Positions 28,146 through 38,338 are shown, numbered from the stretch's first letter. The stretch: DNA of 64,000 nucleotides from an uncultured Gammaproteobacteria bacterium (GCA_964596735.1 CAZQVF010000003.1:42611-106610), one strand, 5' to 3'. Program-made: numbers and translations. Notes: generated by a model from the letters alone, not told the origin.

Positions 28146-29609
28146 TTATATTATGTCTAACGATAATCCGTGGCATTTCTTATATTTCTTCCCTGAACCA
28201 CAAGGACATTTATCATTTCTGCCAACTTTAGGAATTTGCTTTTCAATTACATCGGGAAATTCTTTATCATGAATTTTATAAAAAGTTGGGTCCGTAAGTA
28301 TTCCTAATTCTATCTTCAATTCATCTGCTCCTTTTTGCATCTTTTCATTCCAATGCCTCCCATCAAGATAAATCGCATCTTCTGACCTTCCTCTCAACTC
28401 TTTTCCTGACTCTGTCGCAAATCCAATAATATCTTTAGCTTGTTGATAAACTCCGCGGAGTACCATACAACAAGCTTCTAAATATTCTCCTCTAAATAAC
28501 CGATATTCTTCTTCTGTTTGTCCTTCTTTTTTGGGAAAAGCAACGAAGACATAATAGGGATCATCTTTGTTTAAAGGTATACTAAATCTTCTTCCGCAGA
28601 TATTTCCTGAAGTTTTTTCAACTAATCCTAAAATAGCTTTGGATAGGATTCTTCTCTTAAATCGAGATTCACTTGCAAAAAATCGCATCACTTTTTCTGA
28701 ATCCTTTATGCCCCCAGCAGATACCGTATATTGAGTACCAGCTAAAGCGTTAATATTGAATTCTTCTATCAGCGCATCCCAAAAATAACTTATTTTATCT
28801 TCTTTTAATTGGGCTTTTCTTTGAGGATTATTGCAAAAATTATCCCAAACTCCTTCGACGATCGCTATTCTGTCTGAATCTGTTGGAAAATCAAAATCAT
28901 GCACCCCATCTTTTATTTTAGTTAAGTAGGATGGTAATAAATTTTCCTCTCCCGTTACTAATATAACCTTATCAGAACGTAAAAGAATTTCCTTTTTAGA
29001 GAAATAGGAAACTAAATCAGATATTGTATCGAGCGTGCTCATTACAATATCTAGTGTTGTGTCATCTAATACGTGAATAAATGTCTTCGAAGGATTAATA
29101 TCTCCAATAAAAAATGGTATTGTATGTGAAGTAATACCTTTTATGTCGTTTTCTATTATTAAGCTTCCACTGCCGCCACCAAAACATTTCTTGCAAGCAC
29201 CAGATACACCATGTGCAACTAGTATTAAATGGATTTTTACTTTATGAGCATTAATGTCAAAGGGGAAAGACTCTTTGCATTTTTTATCTAAAAAAACACT
29301 TTCTGGATGTTGCTTTATCCACTGTTCGGCTCTCCATAGTTGTTTGGCAGATTTTTCAACAGTTCTTCTAAACCATCTACTCCAGTTAAGTTCGTCGTTA
29401 GTAGTTTCTGGATATTTGCATGCTTTATCAGAAAAAATCAATATATGATTCCCAAAAACAACGAATAGGTCAGATAATTCTTTCCCTTTTGCTCGATATA
29501 GGTTTGGATAACTCCACAATGAAAGAAAAGTCTTATTACAAAGTTTAGCTAAATACTCTTCCGATTTATTCAGACCAGTATTTTTTGTGATTGCCTCGTG
29601 TTTTCGCAT
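28146..29609 (-). CDS. SEC-C motif protein with an N-terminal nuclease-like domain, 487 aa.
   Basis: C-terminal [14 protein letters not shown] (SEC-C metal-binding motif). The N-terminal [16 protein letters not shown] resembles a NERD/PD-(D/E)xK core. Confidence 0.45.
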   Translation of the reverse strand: MRKHEAITKNTGLNKSEEYLAKLCNKTFLSLWSYPNLYRAKGKELSDLFVVFGNHILIFSDKACKYPETTNDELNWSRWFRRTVEKSAKQLWRAEQWIKQHPESVFLDKKCKESFPFDINAHKVKIHLILVAHGVSGACKKCFGGGSGSLIIENDIKGITSHTIPFFIGDINPSKTFIHVLDDTTLDIVMSTLDTISDLVSYFSKKEILLRSDKVILVTGEENLLPSYLTKIKDGVHDFDFPTDSDRIAIVEGVWDNFCNNPQRKAQLKEDKISYFWDALIEEFNINALAGTQYTVSAGGIKDSEKVMRFFASESRFKRRILSKAILGLVEKTSGNICGRRFSIPLNKDDPYYVFVAFPKKEGQTEEEYRLFRGEYLEACCMVLRGVYQQAKDIIGFATESGKELRGRSEDAIYLDGRHWNEKMQKGADELKIELGILTDPTFYKIHDKEFPDVIEKQIPKVGRNDKCPCGSGKKYKKCHGLSLDII

Positions 29610-29642
29610 AAATGTTTTTTTGTATCTTGTGGATAACTCTTA

Positions 29643-29671
29643 TTGTCTCTTCGGTCAATCTTCGGTATAAT
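29643..29671 (+). promoter_or_regulatory. Promoter TTGTCT-17-TATAAT whose spacer carries a direct repeat TCTTCGGT x2, a candidate operator.
   Basis: -35 at 29643-29648 and -10 at 29666-29671. The spacer is cttcggtcaatcttcgg. Confidence 0.45.
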
Positions 29672-29707
29672 CATATTATAAAATAATATCTAAATAAGTC
29701 AAGACTT

Positions 29708-31249
29708 ATGGCAACACTAACAAAGCGACAAAAACAAATTTACGACTATATTAAAAATTACATAGAAACAAAAAGTATCTCCCCCACTTTTGACGAAATA
29801 AGAAAACGTTTTAAACTTTCTGCGCTTTCAACTGTTCATCAACATATTGAAGCACTAATCACTAAAGGATTTTTAATAAAAAATAATAAACTTACTCGCG
29901 GGATAGAATTAATAAAAAAAGACGAATTGATTAAAGTTCCCTTTGTTGGGGCCATCACTGCCGGTCAACCAATCGAAGCTATTGAAAACAGAGAAGAATC
30001 AATTGCCATTTCAAAAAATAAACTTCCGCGTTCGGGAGAATTTTTTGCACTCAAAGTCATGGGAGATAGTATGATTGACGAAAATATTAACGACGGGGAT
30101 GTCGTCTTAATAAAAAAACAATGCGTTGCTAGTAATGGAGAAAAAATTGTAGCACTAATTGATAATCGTGAAGCAACACTCAAATCTTTCTATAAAGAAA
30201 GGGATCAAATTCGTTTACAGCCAGCAAACAAAAAACTTAAACCAATTATAATTAAAGATGGTGAAAAAGAAATAATAATACAAGGGATAGTAATAGATAT
30301 AATTAAGAATATAAATCCCGAAAAGAAGATAGAAAAAGAAAAAGAAAAAAAAATTAAAGCTAAAAGAAAAAACAAATTACCTCTAAATAAAATTATATTA
30401 GGAGACACTGTAAAAGAATTAAAAAAACTACCAAGTGAGAGTTGCGACATTATAATAGCTGATCCCCCTTATAATATCGGTAAAAATTTTGGAAATAATA
30501 TTGATAAAAGAGAATTAAGTGAATATATAGAATGGTCTAAAGAATGGATTAATGAATGTATAAGATTAATGAAACCAACAGCTACAATGTTTCTTTATGG
30601 ATTTAGCGAAATTTTAGCTCATATTTCAGTAGAAATACCAATAAATAAAAGATGGGTTATCTGGCATTATACTAACAAAAATGTAGCTTCGCTGAACTTC
30701 TGGCAAAGAAGTCATGAGTCAATTATCTGTGCATGGAAAGATAAAAGAATATTTAATAGAGATGAAATAAGGGAACCATATACCATTGGATTTTTAAATG
30801 GAGCAGCTGGAAAAATCAGAAAAGGGACAAAAGGAAGATTTAGTAATTCTGGGAAAACTACAATTTATAAGGCTCATGAAAAGGGGGCTTTGCCAAGAGA
30901 TGTAATAAAAATTCCCGCTCTGGCCGGAGGAGCTGGTATGAATGAAAGATGGTTCTTATGTAAAACATGTGATGAAGTTTTTGGACCAAGAAAATTGAAA
31001 GAGCACAAAGATCATAAAATAATTAAACACCCTACCCAAAAACCCCTTGAACTATCAAAAAAAATAATAAAGTCTTGTATGCCTAAAAAATATGGGGTAG
31101 TATTGGTTCCATTTGTTGGTAGCGGTTCTGAATGTGTAGCTGCCAAAGAACTCGGACAAAATTATGTTGGTTTTGAAATTAATCCAGAATATATAAAAAT
31201 TGCTCAAAAATTTTTGAGCAACACAAAATTCAAACAAAAATTATTTTAA
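29708..31249 (+). CDS. LexA/S24 autopeptidase repressor module fused to an N6-adenine / N4-cytosine DNA methyltransferase (PF01555-like).
   Basis: N-terminal wHTH, Ala-Gly cleavage site ITAGQP, Ser in MGDSM and Lys in TLKSF (S24 dyad). A Lys-rich linker follows. Then DPPYN (motif IV), HPTQKP and C-terminal VPFVGSGSE (motif I). Confidence 0.7.
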   Translation: MATLTKRQKQIYDYIKNYIETKSISPTFDEIRKRFKLSALSTVHQHIEALITKGFLIKNNKLTRGIELIKKDELIKVPFVGAITAGQPIEAIENREESIAISKNKLPRSGEFFALKVMGDSMIDENINDGDVVLIKKQCVASNGEKIVALIDNREATLKSFYKERDQIRLQPANKKLKPIIIKDGEKEIIIQGIVIDIIKNINPEKKIEKEKEKKIKAKRKNKLPLNKIILGDTVKELKKLPSESCDIIIADPPYNIGKNFGNNIDKRELSEYIEWSKEWINECIRLMKPTATMFLYGFSEILAHISVEIPINKRWVIWHYTNKNVASLNFWQRSHESIICAWKDKRIFNRDEIREPYTIGFLNGAAGKIRKGTKGRFSNSGKTTIYKAHEKGALPRDVIKIPALAGGAGMNERWFLCKTCDEVFGPRKLKEHKDHKIIKHPTQKPLELSKKIIKSCMPKKYGVVLVPFVGSGSECVAAKELGQNYVGFEINPEYIKIAQKFLSNTKFKQKLF

Positions 31250-31936
31250 TAATTTATCAATTTCTTCTTTCTTTTTTTCAAAAATAAAAGGAGTAAAAAC
31301 TACAAATCCATTTGGCAATCTTTTCAATTCTTTGTTTTGAATGAATCTTAAATAGGGTAATTTATATTCTCCATTCAATTTTTTGGGGTTTGTAAAATAA
31401 TCTTCGCTCGGAACCTCATATTTAATATCAATAAATTCGCCTTCAATTTTATTTTTTGTCTCCTTAGCTTTCCTAACTTCCCTGCTAAACGACTTTTTCT
31501 TTACCTGATAATTTAATATTTTATTTTTATAATTTACTTGAAAATCAGCTCCTCGATGATCTAGTTCTGCTGACATCTTTACTGTATTTTCTCCAAAAAT
31601 AAACTCTGCAACATAACCAGCGTGTATCTGTGTAATAATACTAGCCCAAGTTCTGTATATCCTGGCTGGAAGACCTTTATAAAAACATGTTTCACACATT
31701 GTAATTTTCTCTCTAAATTTTTCAATCTTCTCTTTATAATTATTTAAATATCTTTTACAAAATCTATCAAAATCTAAAAATTCTTTTTCATCCCAATATA
31801 CTTTATAAAGCAATTCAATGGCTTGTATTTCTTTTGGCATATCCATTTCAACAATTTTAATAGGTTTATATTTTTTGCGATAATTATTAAGATTGATTGA
31901 TTCTAAAAATTCCTCAAAATTTTTTACTAAATACAT
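31241..31936 (-). CDS. Candidate type II restriction endonuclease partner of the MTase.
   Basis: Convergent with the MTase, 3' ends overlapping by 9 bp. No clear family motif is recognisable; the call rests on gene context. Confidence 0.35.
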   Translation of the reverse strand: MYLVKNFEEFLESINLNNYRKKYKPIKIVEMDMPKEIQAIELLYKVYWDEKEFLDFDRFCKRYLNNYKEKIEKFREKITMCETCFYKGLPARIYRTWASIITQIHAGYVAEFIFGENTVKMSAELDHRGADFQVNYKNKILNYQVKKKSFSREVRKAKETKNKIEGEFIDIKYEVPSEDYFTNPKKLNGEYKLPYLRFIQNKELKRLPNGFVVFTPFIFEKKKEEIDKLLK

Positions 31937-32091
31937 ATAAAATAAATTATTTTTATAAATCGCGGTTATCTTAACATGTCGTTAAAATCTATAATTAAAA
32001 ATATAATTACTCTTCATATAAATTCTAGAACAAAAATTTAATAAGTCAAGTTTTAAAAAACAAAAAGTTTTTTTAGTATTAATGTCTAAGT

Positions 32092-32904
32092 ATGAAAAAG
32101 AAAAAATCAACCATAGATCCAAGTAGAAAAAGATTGTTGAAAATTCTGGATGCAGAACAAAAAAGATATTCTGAAATTTTTAATAGTGCTTCCTTTAAGC
32201 TTTTTACTAAACAATCAAATAAGATAAAAAAAAACGTTCAAAAAGTTTTATCTTCTTTTGAACCAGCTTCCACGCTGGTAAAAAATAACCAAAAAATAAT
32301 GGAATCAATGGTTAATTCTTTTAAGAATTTACCCTCTGCACCAAGTAATATAAATATAAAAATACCCATATCCGTACATCAAAAAAAAGTTTACTCCGAA
32401 TCGGAATTAGATTCAATTATCGAAAAAGTAATAAGAGAGACCATTAAAAAAACTATGCCTCCAAAAAATAGATTTCCCTACGAACTACCCCAAGACTTTC
32501 CTTGGGCTAGAATTACCATTAAATTCATAGATGGTCATAATATAAAAATTGTTGCTGAAGATTATATATATAATGCCGATTTCAAAGAATTAAATTTTCA
32601 AAACTCAAAAAACAAAAAACCAAACGCTCAGTGGGAATTACTCAAATCTTTATCAGAGAATAATGGAAAAATTTCTTGGGATATCAGCTTTGCTAGCTCA
32701 AAAATAAAAAAGAGAAAACAATTATTAAGCCAAGGATTAAAAAAATATTTTCAAATTAAATCCGATCCCTTCTTCTCTTATAGGAAAGAAAAAGGATATA
32801 AAATAAAAATAAATTTAGCGCCTGAATCTACATCAATAAACGATGTTCTTCCACAAGATGAATTAGGGATAGAAGAAGCTTATAATGAACAAACTTATAC
32901 ATAA
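32092..32904 (+). CDS. Hypothetical protein, 270 aa.
   Basis: ORF only; Lys-rich. Confidence 0.35.
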   Translation: MKKKKSTIDPSRKRLLKILDAEQKRYSEIFNSASFKLFTKQSNKIKKNVQKVLSSFEPASTLVKNNQKIMESMVNSFKNLPSAPSNINIKIPISVHQKKVYSESELDSIIEKVIRETIKKTMPPKNRFPYELPQDFPWARITIKFIDGHNIKIVAEDYIYNADFKELNFQNSKNKKPNAQWELLKSLSENNGKISWDISFASSKIKKRKQLLSQGLKKYFQIKSDPFFSYRKEKGYKIKINLAPESTSINDVLPQDELGIEEAYNEQTYT

Positions 32905-33031
32905 ATAATGTGGTGAATTCACCGAAACAATATATTTAATAAAATTGCCTAAAATTAGGCAATTTTTTATTTTTAACGAATTTTCACCATAAAGGGTAGA
33001 GAATCAGTTTTAATAATTAACCATAAAAATC

Positions 33032-33415
33032 ATGAAAAAAGAAAAATCAAAAATTATTCAAACCACTCCGTCTCACTCCGATTATCAATTTGTAATCAAG
33101 GGGATAAAGCACGTCCCCGAATTTCTTAGCTTTGTTAATTGGTTTGCTACTCCAGGACAATTTAAAAAGCTAAAAAATCAGAAAGATTTCGCGAAATCAA
33201 TCGGAGTATGCCAGGATACCCTTACGGACTGGAAAAAGCATTCCCAATTTTGGCCATTAGTATTCGCATCTATTTCAGAATGGATAAAAGAAAAAATCCC
33301 CGACGCAATAGGAGGACTCTATGAAAGAATACTCAAAGACGGAAACCCAAAGGTGTTTGAAACATTTTTACGCCTTGGAGGAATTAATAATCAAGGCATT
33401 AAAAAAACAAAATAA
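33032..33415 (+). CDS. Terminase small subunit-like HTH protein.
   Basis: HTH segment SIGVCQDTLTDWKK. Size and position upstream of the terminase large subunit. Confidence 0.35.
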   Translation: MKKEKSKIIQTTPSHSDYQFVIKGIKHVPEFLSFVNWFATPGQFKKLKNQKDFAKSIGVCQDTLTDWKKHSQFWPLVFASISEWIKEKIPDAIGGLYERILKDGNPKVFETFLRLGGINNQGIKKTK

Positions 33416-33453
33416 AAAATAAATAAGTAATTCATTAACTAAATGAGGTAATT

Positions 33454-34776
33454 ATGCAAAAAGAAAACTTTAAAATCATTCAAGTTCCTATTAAGGACTT
33501 GTCTCCTGCTCTATATAATCCAAGAAAATGGAGTAAGGAAGCAATTAGTCAACTTAAAGAAAGTATCACAAAATTTGGACTAGTCGATCCAATAATAGTG
33601 AACAAACATAAAGGTCGGGAAAACATAATTATTGGTGGACATTTCAGAGTGAAAATAGCAAAAGATTTGGGTATTAAAGATGTCCCCGTCTACTATATTG
33701 ATTTAAACGAAAAGCGAGAAAAAGAACTAAACCTAAGATTAAATAAAGCAACTGGTGAATGGGACTGGAATCTTCTTGCTGATTTTGATGAAAACTTTTT
33801 ATCAGATGCTGGTTTTTCAAGTGAAGAATTAGACGAAATATTTGACATTGAAGACAATCCCGAATTATTCGACTTAGAGAAAGAATTAAGAAAACTTGAT
33901 ATTAAAAATATAAAAATCAAAAAGGGCGATGTTTATGAATTGGACGGCAATAGATTAATGTGCGGCGATTCCACAATAGAAAAAGATATAAAAAAACTAA
34001 TGAATGAACAAAAAGCAGATATGTGTTTTACAGACCCTCCTTATTTATTAAATTATTTAAAGGGAAAAAAGAAAAACGGCAAAGCAACCGAAGGATTTGG
34101 ATATAAAAGAAACAGAAAATATTTAGAAACAGATGTTATTCCTCCCGACTTCACTGAAAAGTGGATGGCTAATATCCATAAAATACAAAAAGACGATTTT
34201 GCTATTATCGTCTACGAAAACTGGAAAAATATAAGAACTATTTGGAATGAAATGGAAAAATATTGGAAGGTAAAGAATATGCTTGTCTGGCATTTGAGTA
34301 ATAGAACCCAAGGCTTTGCTGCAAAATACAAATTCTTTTCTAAGTATGATATAGCCATGCTCGGATATTCAGGTGGCGTAAATCTTAATACAAAAGAAGA
34401 GCCAGAAAAAATTCAAAATGAATATGAGGCTGCTCTGTTCGCCATATCTGGAAAGCCACATTGGGAAAACTACAAAAAAGGTAAAAAATATTGTCCAACT
34501 GATTTTGTTGAATACCGAGCATCTGATGAAAAAAGTTCTGGGCAGGGAATAATTTTTGGCACCAAGCCAGTGGAAATATTAATTCCATATATAAAGGTCT
34601 TGACCAAAAGGAATGATTTGATTGTTGAGCCATTCGGGGGCAGTGGAAGTACTTTGATGGCTGCCATCAAAATGAAAAGAAGATGCTACTTGATAGAAAA
34701 ATCACCTGTTTATACAGAGGTGATTAAAAAGAGATGGGAAAATTTTACTGGCAAAAAAGCCAAAAAAATCGATTAA
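33454..34776 (+). CDS. ParB-like nuclease domain fused to a DNA methyltransferase (phage-type ParB-MTase).
   Basis: N-terminal ParB/Srx-like PALYNPRKW...GGHFRV, central TDPPY and C-terminal EPFGGSGSTLMAA. Confidence 0.75.
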   Translation: MQKENFKIIQVPIKDLSPALYNPRKWSKEAISQLKESITKFGLVDPIIVNKHKGRENIIIGGHFRVKIAKDLGIKDVPVYYIDLNEKREKELNLRLNKATGEWDWNLLADFDENFLSDAGFSSEELDEIFDIEDNPELFDLEKELRKLDIKNIKIKKGDVYELDGNRLMCGDSTIEKDIKKLMNEQKADMCFTDPPYLLNYLKGKKKNGKATEGFGYKRNRKYLETDVIPPDFTEKWMANIHKIQKDDFAIIVYENWKNIRTIWNEMEKYWKVKNMLVWHLSNRTQGFAAKYKFFSKYDIAMLGYSGGVNLNTKEEPEKIQNEYEAALFAISGKPHWENYKKGKKYCPTDFVEYRASDEKSSGQGIIFGTKPVEILIPYIKVLTKRNDLIVEPFGGSGSTLMAAIKMKRRCYLIEKSPVYTEVIKKRWENFTGKKAKKID

Positions 34777-34803
34777 ATATTTAATTTATTTAAATTCAAA
34801 TTT

Positions 34804-35211
34804 ATGAAGAATGATGCAGAAATAAAAAAGAAATTAATTGAAGAATTAAAAAAAACGCCAATAGTGCAGATAGCTTGTTTAAAAGTGAATATTAGCAGAG
34901 CTACCTATTATCGCTGGCGTAAAGACGATAAAAAATTCAGCCGAATGACCGATAAAGCAATTTTAGATGGTTCACTATTAATCAACGATTTAGCAGAAAG
35001 TCAATTAATTAGTGCAATTAAAGACAAAAATATAACATCACTAATCTTTTGGCTCAAGAATCATCATCCTACTTATGCGACAAGGATCGAAGTAATGGCG
35101 CATTTAAAATCCTCCTCTGATGAGTCGTTAACGCCAGAACAACAGACTCTTGTTAAAAAAGCGCTTAAGCTGGCAAATTTACCTAATAAACTTAATAAAA
35201 ATAACGAATAA
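34804..35211 (+). CDS. HTH-domain protein, possibly a terminase small subunit.
   Basis: VQIACLKVNISRATYYRWRKDDKKF helix-turn-helix. Confidence 0.35.
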   Translation: MKNDAEIKKKLIEELKKTPIVQIACLKVNISRATYYRWRKDDKKFSRMTDKAILDGSLLINDLAESQLISAIKDKNITSLIFWLKNHHPTYATRIEVMAHLKSSSDESLTPEQQTLVKKALKLANLPNKLNKNNE

Positions 35212-35215
35212 TTAT

Positions 35216-36670
35216 ATGAACATTAATACAAATATAATGGATCAAACTTTGATCAAAAAAATTATTAACGACCGCAAAGTTCGTGTTGCTATTGCGCGTC
35301 AAAGTCACCTTTGGTTCTTTAATATCTATTTTTCTAATTACGTCATAAACGAAACTGCTCCTTTTCAGAAAGAAATGTTTAATTTAACCGAAAATGAGTT
35401 AAATAAACTCGCAGTTATTGTTGCATTTAGAGGTTCAGCCAAGTCAACAATTATGACTATGTCATATCCAATATGGTCAATTCTTGGCAACCAGCAGAAA
35501 AAATTTGTACTGATTATCAGCCAAACACAAGAACAGGCTAGACTACATCTTAAAAATCTAAAAAACGAACTTGAAAGAAATAAGCTCTTGAAAACTGATC
35601 TCGGACCATTTGAAGAAAACGATGACTGGAGAAGCTACTCACTTGTTATACCAAAGTACAACGCTAGAATTACAGCGGCTTCAATTGAGCAAAGTATACG
35701 CGGCATCAGACACGGCGAACACAGGCCCGATCTCATAATTTGTGATGATATAGAAGATCTTAATTCAGTTAAAACACGTGAAAGTAGAGACAAAACTCAT
35801 CAATGGCTTAGGGGAGATGTAATTCCTGCCGGAGATAAAAACACAAAAATTGTCTTAGTGGGAAATCTCCTTCATGAGGATTCTGTATTAATGAGACTAA
35901 AACAAGATATTGATGAAGGAAGGCTTGCCGGAATATACAAACGATATCCATTACTTGACGAAAATAATCAAAGTTTATGGCCCGGAAAATATAATACAGT
36001 AAAAGATATAGAAATATTGAAACATACCATTGGCGATGAAATTGCTTGGCAAAGAGAATTTCTTTTACGCATCGTTCCTAATACAAATCGTGTTGTTCAG
36101 TCAGATTGGATCAATTATTATGAACATTTATCTGAAAATAAAAATGAACTACTTTGCGTCCTTACTGGCATTGATCTCGCTATAGCCGAGAAAGATAGCT
36201 CTGATTATACCTCAATGGTCTCCGCTAGAGTCTATATTCATAATAATAAACTGTGTATATATATCCTTCCCAATCCAGTAAACGAACGCATGGACTTTGC
36301 CAAGCAATTAGAAAAAGCGAAATTTCTTTCTAAAAGCCTTGGTGATGGATATCCAACTCGACTTTTAGTTGAAGACGTAGGCTATCAAAAAGTATTTATC
36401 CAGCAATTACAAAAAGATGGATTCCCCGCTGAATCATTTCACTTAGAAGGTCGAGATAAACGATCACGACTTATGTCAACTACTCATCTTATTCAATTAG
36501 GGAATGTTCTTTTCCCTAAACATGGAGCAGAAAAATTAATTGAGCAACTTGTAGGTTTTGGAGTTGAAAAACATGATGATTTAGTTGATGCTTTTACCAT
36601 GATTATCCTCCAGATTTTGAAGGAACGCCCCTACGAAATTGACGTAAAAACTTTAGTTTTTTCTGTATAA
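35216..36670 (+). CDS. Phage terminase large subunit. The track ORF starts at 35150; an internal ATG at about 35216 is the likely start.
   Basis: Walker A-like AFRGSAKST, Walker B DLIICDD and a C-terminal RNaseH-like nuclease region. Confidence 0.6.
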   Translation: MNINTNIMDQTLIKKIINDRKVRVAIARQSHLWFFNIYFSNYVINETAPFQKEMFNLTENELNKLAVIVAFRGSAKSTIMTMSYPIWSILGNQQKKFVLIISQTQEQARLHLKNLKNELERNKLLKTDLGPFEENDDWRSYSLVIPKYNARITAASIEQSIRGIRHGEHRPDLIICDDIEDLNSVKTRESRDKTHQWLRGDVIPAGDKNTKIVLVGNLLHEDSVLMRLKQDIDEGRLAGIYKRYPLLDENNQSLWPGKYNTVKDIEILKHTIGDEIAWQREFLLRIVPNTNRVVQSDWINYYEHLSENKNELLCVLTGIDLAIAEKDSSDYTSMVSARVYIHNNKLCIYILPNPVNERMDFAKQLEKAKFLSKSLGDGYPTRLLVEDVGYQKVFIQQLQKDGFPAESFHLEGRDKRSRLMSTTHLIQLGNVLFPKHGAEKLIEQLVGFGVEKHDDLVDAFTMIILQILKERPYEIDVKTLVFSV

Positions 36671-36763
36671 ATTTTGGAAAAATCTAAGGGTTTTTGGGAT
36701 AAAAAGTTATCAACAGTTTGGGCTGGATATATGTTGTTTTTGCGGTATCCTTGGTCTCACTAA

Positions 36764-38140
36764 ATGAATAATTATAAAACTATGGATTACCAAAAAACAA
36801 CATTAAATCAAGGTTTAAGTGCGACCAGTCCCCTATCAACAGAAGAAGCGCCTGTTAAATATTGTCTTTACGCGAGAAAATCAACTGAAGACGATGAAAA
36901 ACAGGCGCTTTCCATTGATTCCCAAATAAAAGAAATGGAAGAATTAGCAGAAAAAATAGGATTAGAAGTAGTGGAAACCAAAAAAGAATCTCATTCTGCT
37001 AAAAAATCGGGTGACCGTCCTATTTTTAATAAACTTATTGATGGAATCAAACAGGGATTGTATCAAGGAATCCTCACTTGGGCCCCGGATAGATTGAGTA
37101 GGAATGCTGGAGACTTAGGAATATTGGTAGATTTAATAGATTATGGACATTTGAGAGAAATAAGAACATACGGACAGAATTTTTCTAATAAACCAAATGA
37201 TAAATTCCTTCTTATGATCCTATGTAGTCAGGCAAAACTAGAAAATGACTGCAAAAGCGAAAACGTTAAAAGGGGCCTCAGGGCTAAATGCGCCATGGGA
37301 TGGCGACCCGGACTTCCCCCCTTGGGATATCTTCATGATAAATATGCAGACAAGGGAAAAAGAAAAGTACTTCTTGATCCGAAAAGAGCTCCGATAATAA
37401 AACAAATGTTTGAAAAGGTGGCTTATGAAAGCATGAGAGGAAGACAATTATTCCACTGGTTGAACTATAAGATAAAATTCAGAAGTCGGGCCGGTAAAAG
37501 AATTACCCTTAGCACTATTTACCAAATACTTAGTGAACATTTCTATTATGGAAAATTTGAATATCCTAAAGGTAGTAGTAATTGGTATAAAGGTGGATAT
37601 GAACCAATAATTACAGAAGAGCTATTTAATCAAGTCAGGGCTAAATTATTAGTCTCGCCAAGAAGACATCCGGGGACCAATGAATATGACTTTACTAAAT
37701 TATTTACTTGCGGAAACTGTGGATCGGGAATCACTGCTGAAGAAAAATTTAAAAAGATAAGCGACGGCACTCGCCGTCGCTATGTTTATTATCACTGTAG
37801 TAGATTTAAAAATGAAAAATGTAATGAAAAATATATTAGAGAAGAAGAATTACTAAAACAATTATTGGAAATCATAGATAAAATTGATGTAGATGAAATA
37901 AAATTAGAAACTAAAATGGAAAGAGAAATTATGAGATACCGCAAATTTTATTACGGAGTACTTAATCAAGATGGAAAAATCGAAAAAAGGCCCATTGATG
38001 TAGATATAAGAAATTATGCTAAATATGTTCTCATAGAAGGATCTAGAGATGAAAAAAGAGAAATATTAAATTGTCTAAGAAGCAAATTAGAGCTAAAAGA
38101 TAAAACGCTTTATTTAAAAATTACAGGAAAAATAATATAG
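36764..38140 (+). CDS. Large serine recombinase (phage integrase type).
   Basis: N-terminal resolvase catalytic domain YARKSTEDDEKQALSIDSQ, recombinase domain, Zn ribbon CGNCGSG...HCSRF and a coiled coil. Confidence 0.8.
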   Translation: MNNYKTMDYQKTTLNQGLSATSPLSTEEAPVKYCLYARKSTEDDEKQALSIDSQIKEMEELAEKIGLEVVETKKESHSAKKSGDRPIFNKLIDGIKQGLYQGILTWAPDRLSRNAGDLGILVDLIDYGHLREIRTYGQNFSNKPNDKFLLMILCSQAKLENDCKSENVKRGLRAKCAMGWRPGLPPLGYLHDKYADKGKRKVLLDPKRAPIIKQMFEKVAYESMRGRQLFHWLNYKIKFRSRAGKRITLSTIYQILSEHFYYGKFEYPKGSSNWYKGGYEPIITEELFNQVRAKLLVSPRRHPGTNEYDFTKLFTCGNCGSGITAEEKFKKISDGTRRRYVYYHCSRFKNEKCNEKYIREEELLKQLLEIIDKIDVDEIKLETKMEREIMRYRKFYYGVLNQDGKIEKRPIDVDIRNYAKYVLIEGSRDEKREILNCLRSKLELKDKTLYLKITGKII

Positions 38141-38193
38141 ATATTGATTTTTATAAAAAAGCTCTTTATAATTAAAATACAAGTTAATATTGC

Positions 38194-38330
38194 TGTACGA
38201 CCTTATAATGCCCTCATCAGGGGCTGGTCGTACAGCATCCATACTTCGGTATGGTAAACCTTGGTGGGGGCTTTGTAGTTAGGTCAATTACCAAGGATAA
38301 ATAAAGGTCATCTTTAATCAAATCTAATAA
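38194..38330. repeat. Structured GC-rich segment with three stem-loops directly after the serine recombinase gene. Candidate att site or ncRNA.
   Basis: 11-bp inverted repeat gctgtacgacc/ggtcgtacagc (38194-38204 and 38234-38244) enclosing ccct-catc-aggg. Also ccatac-ttcg-gtatgg and ccttggt...accaagg. Confidence 0.3.
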
Positions 38331-38338
38331 AAATAACT

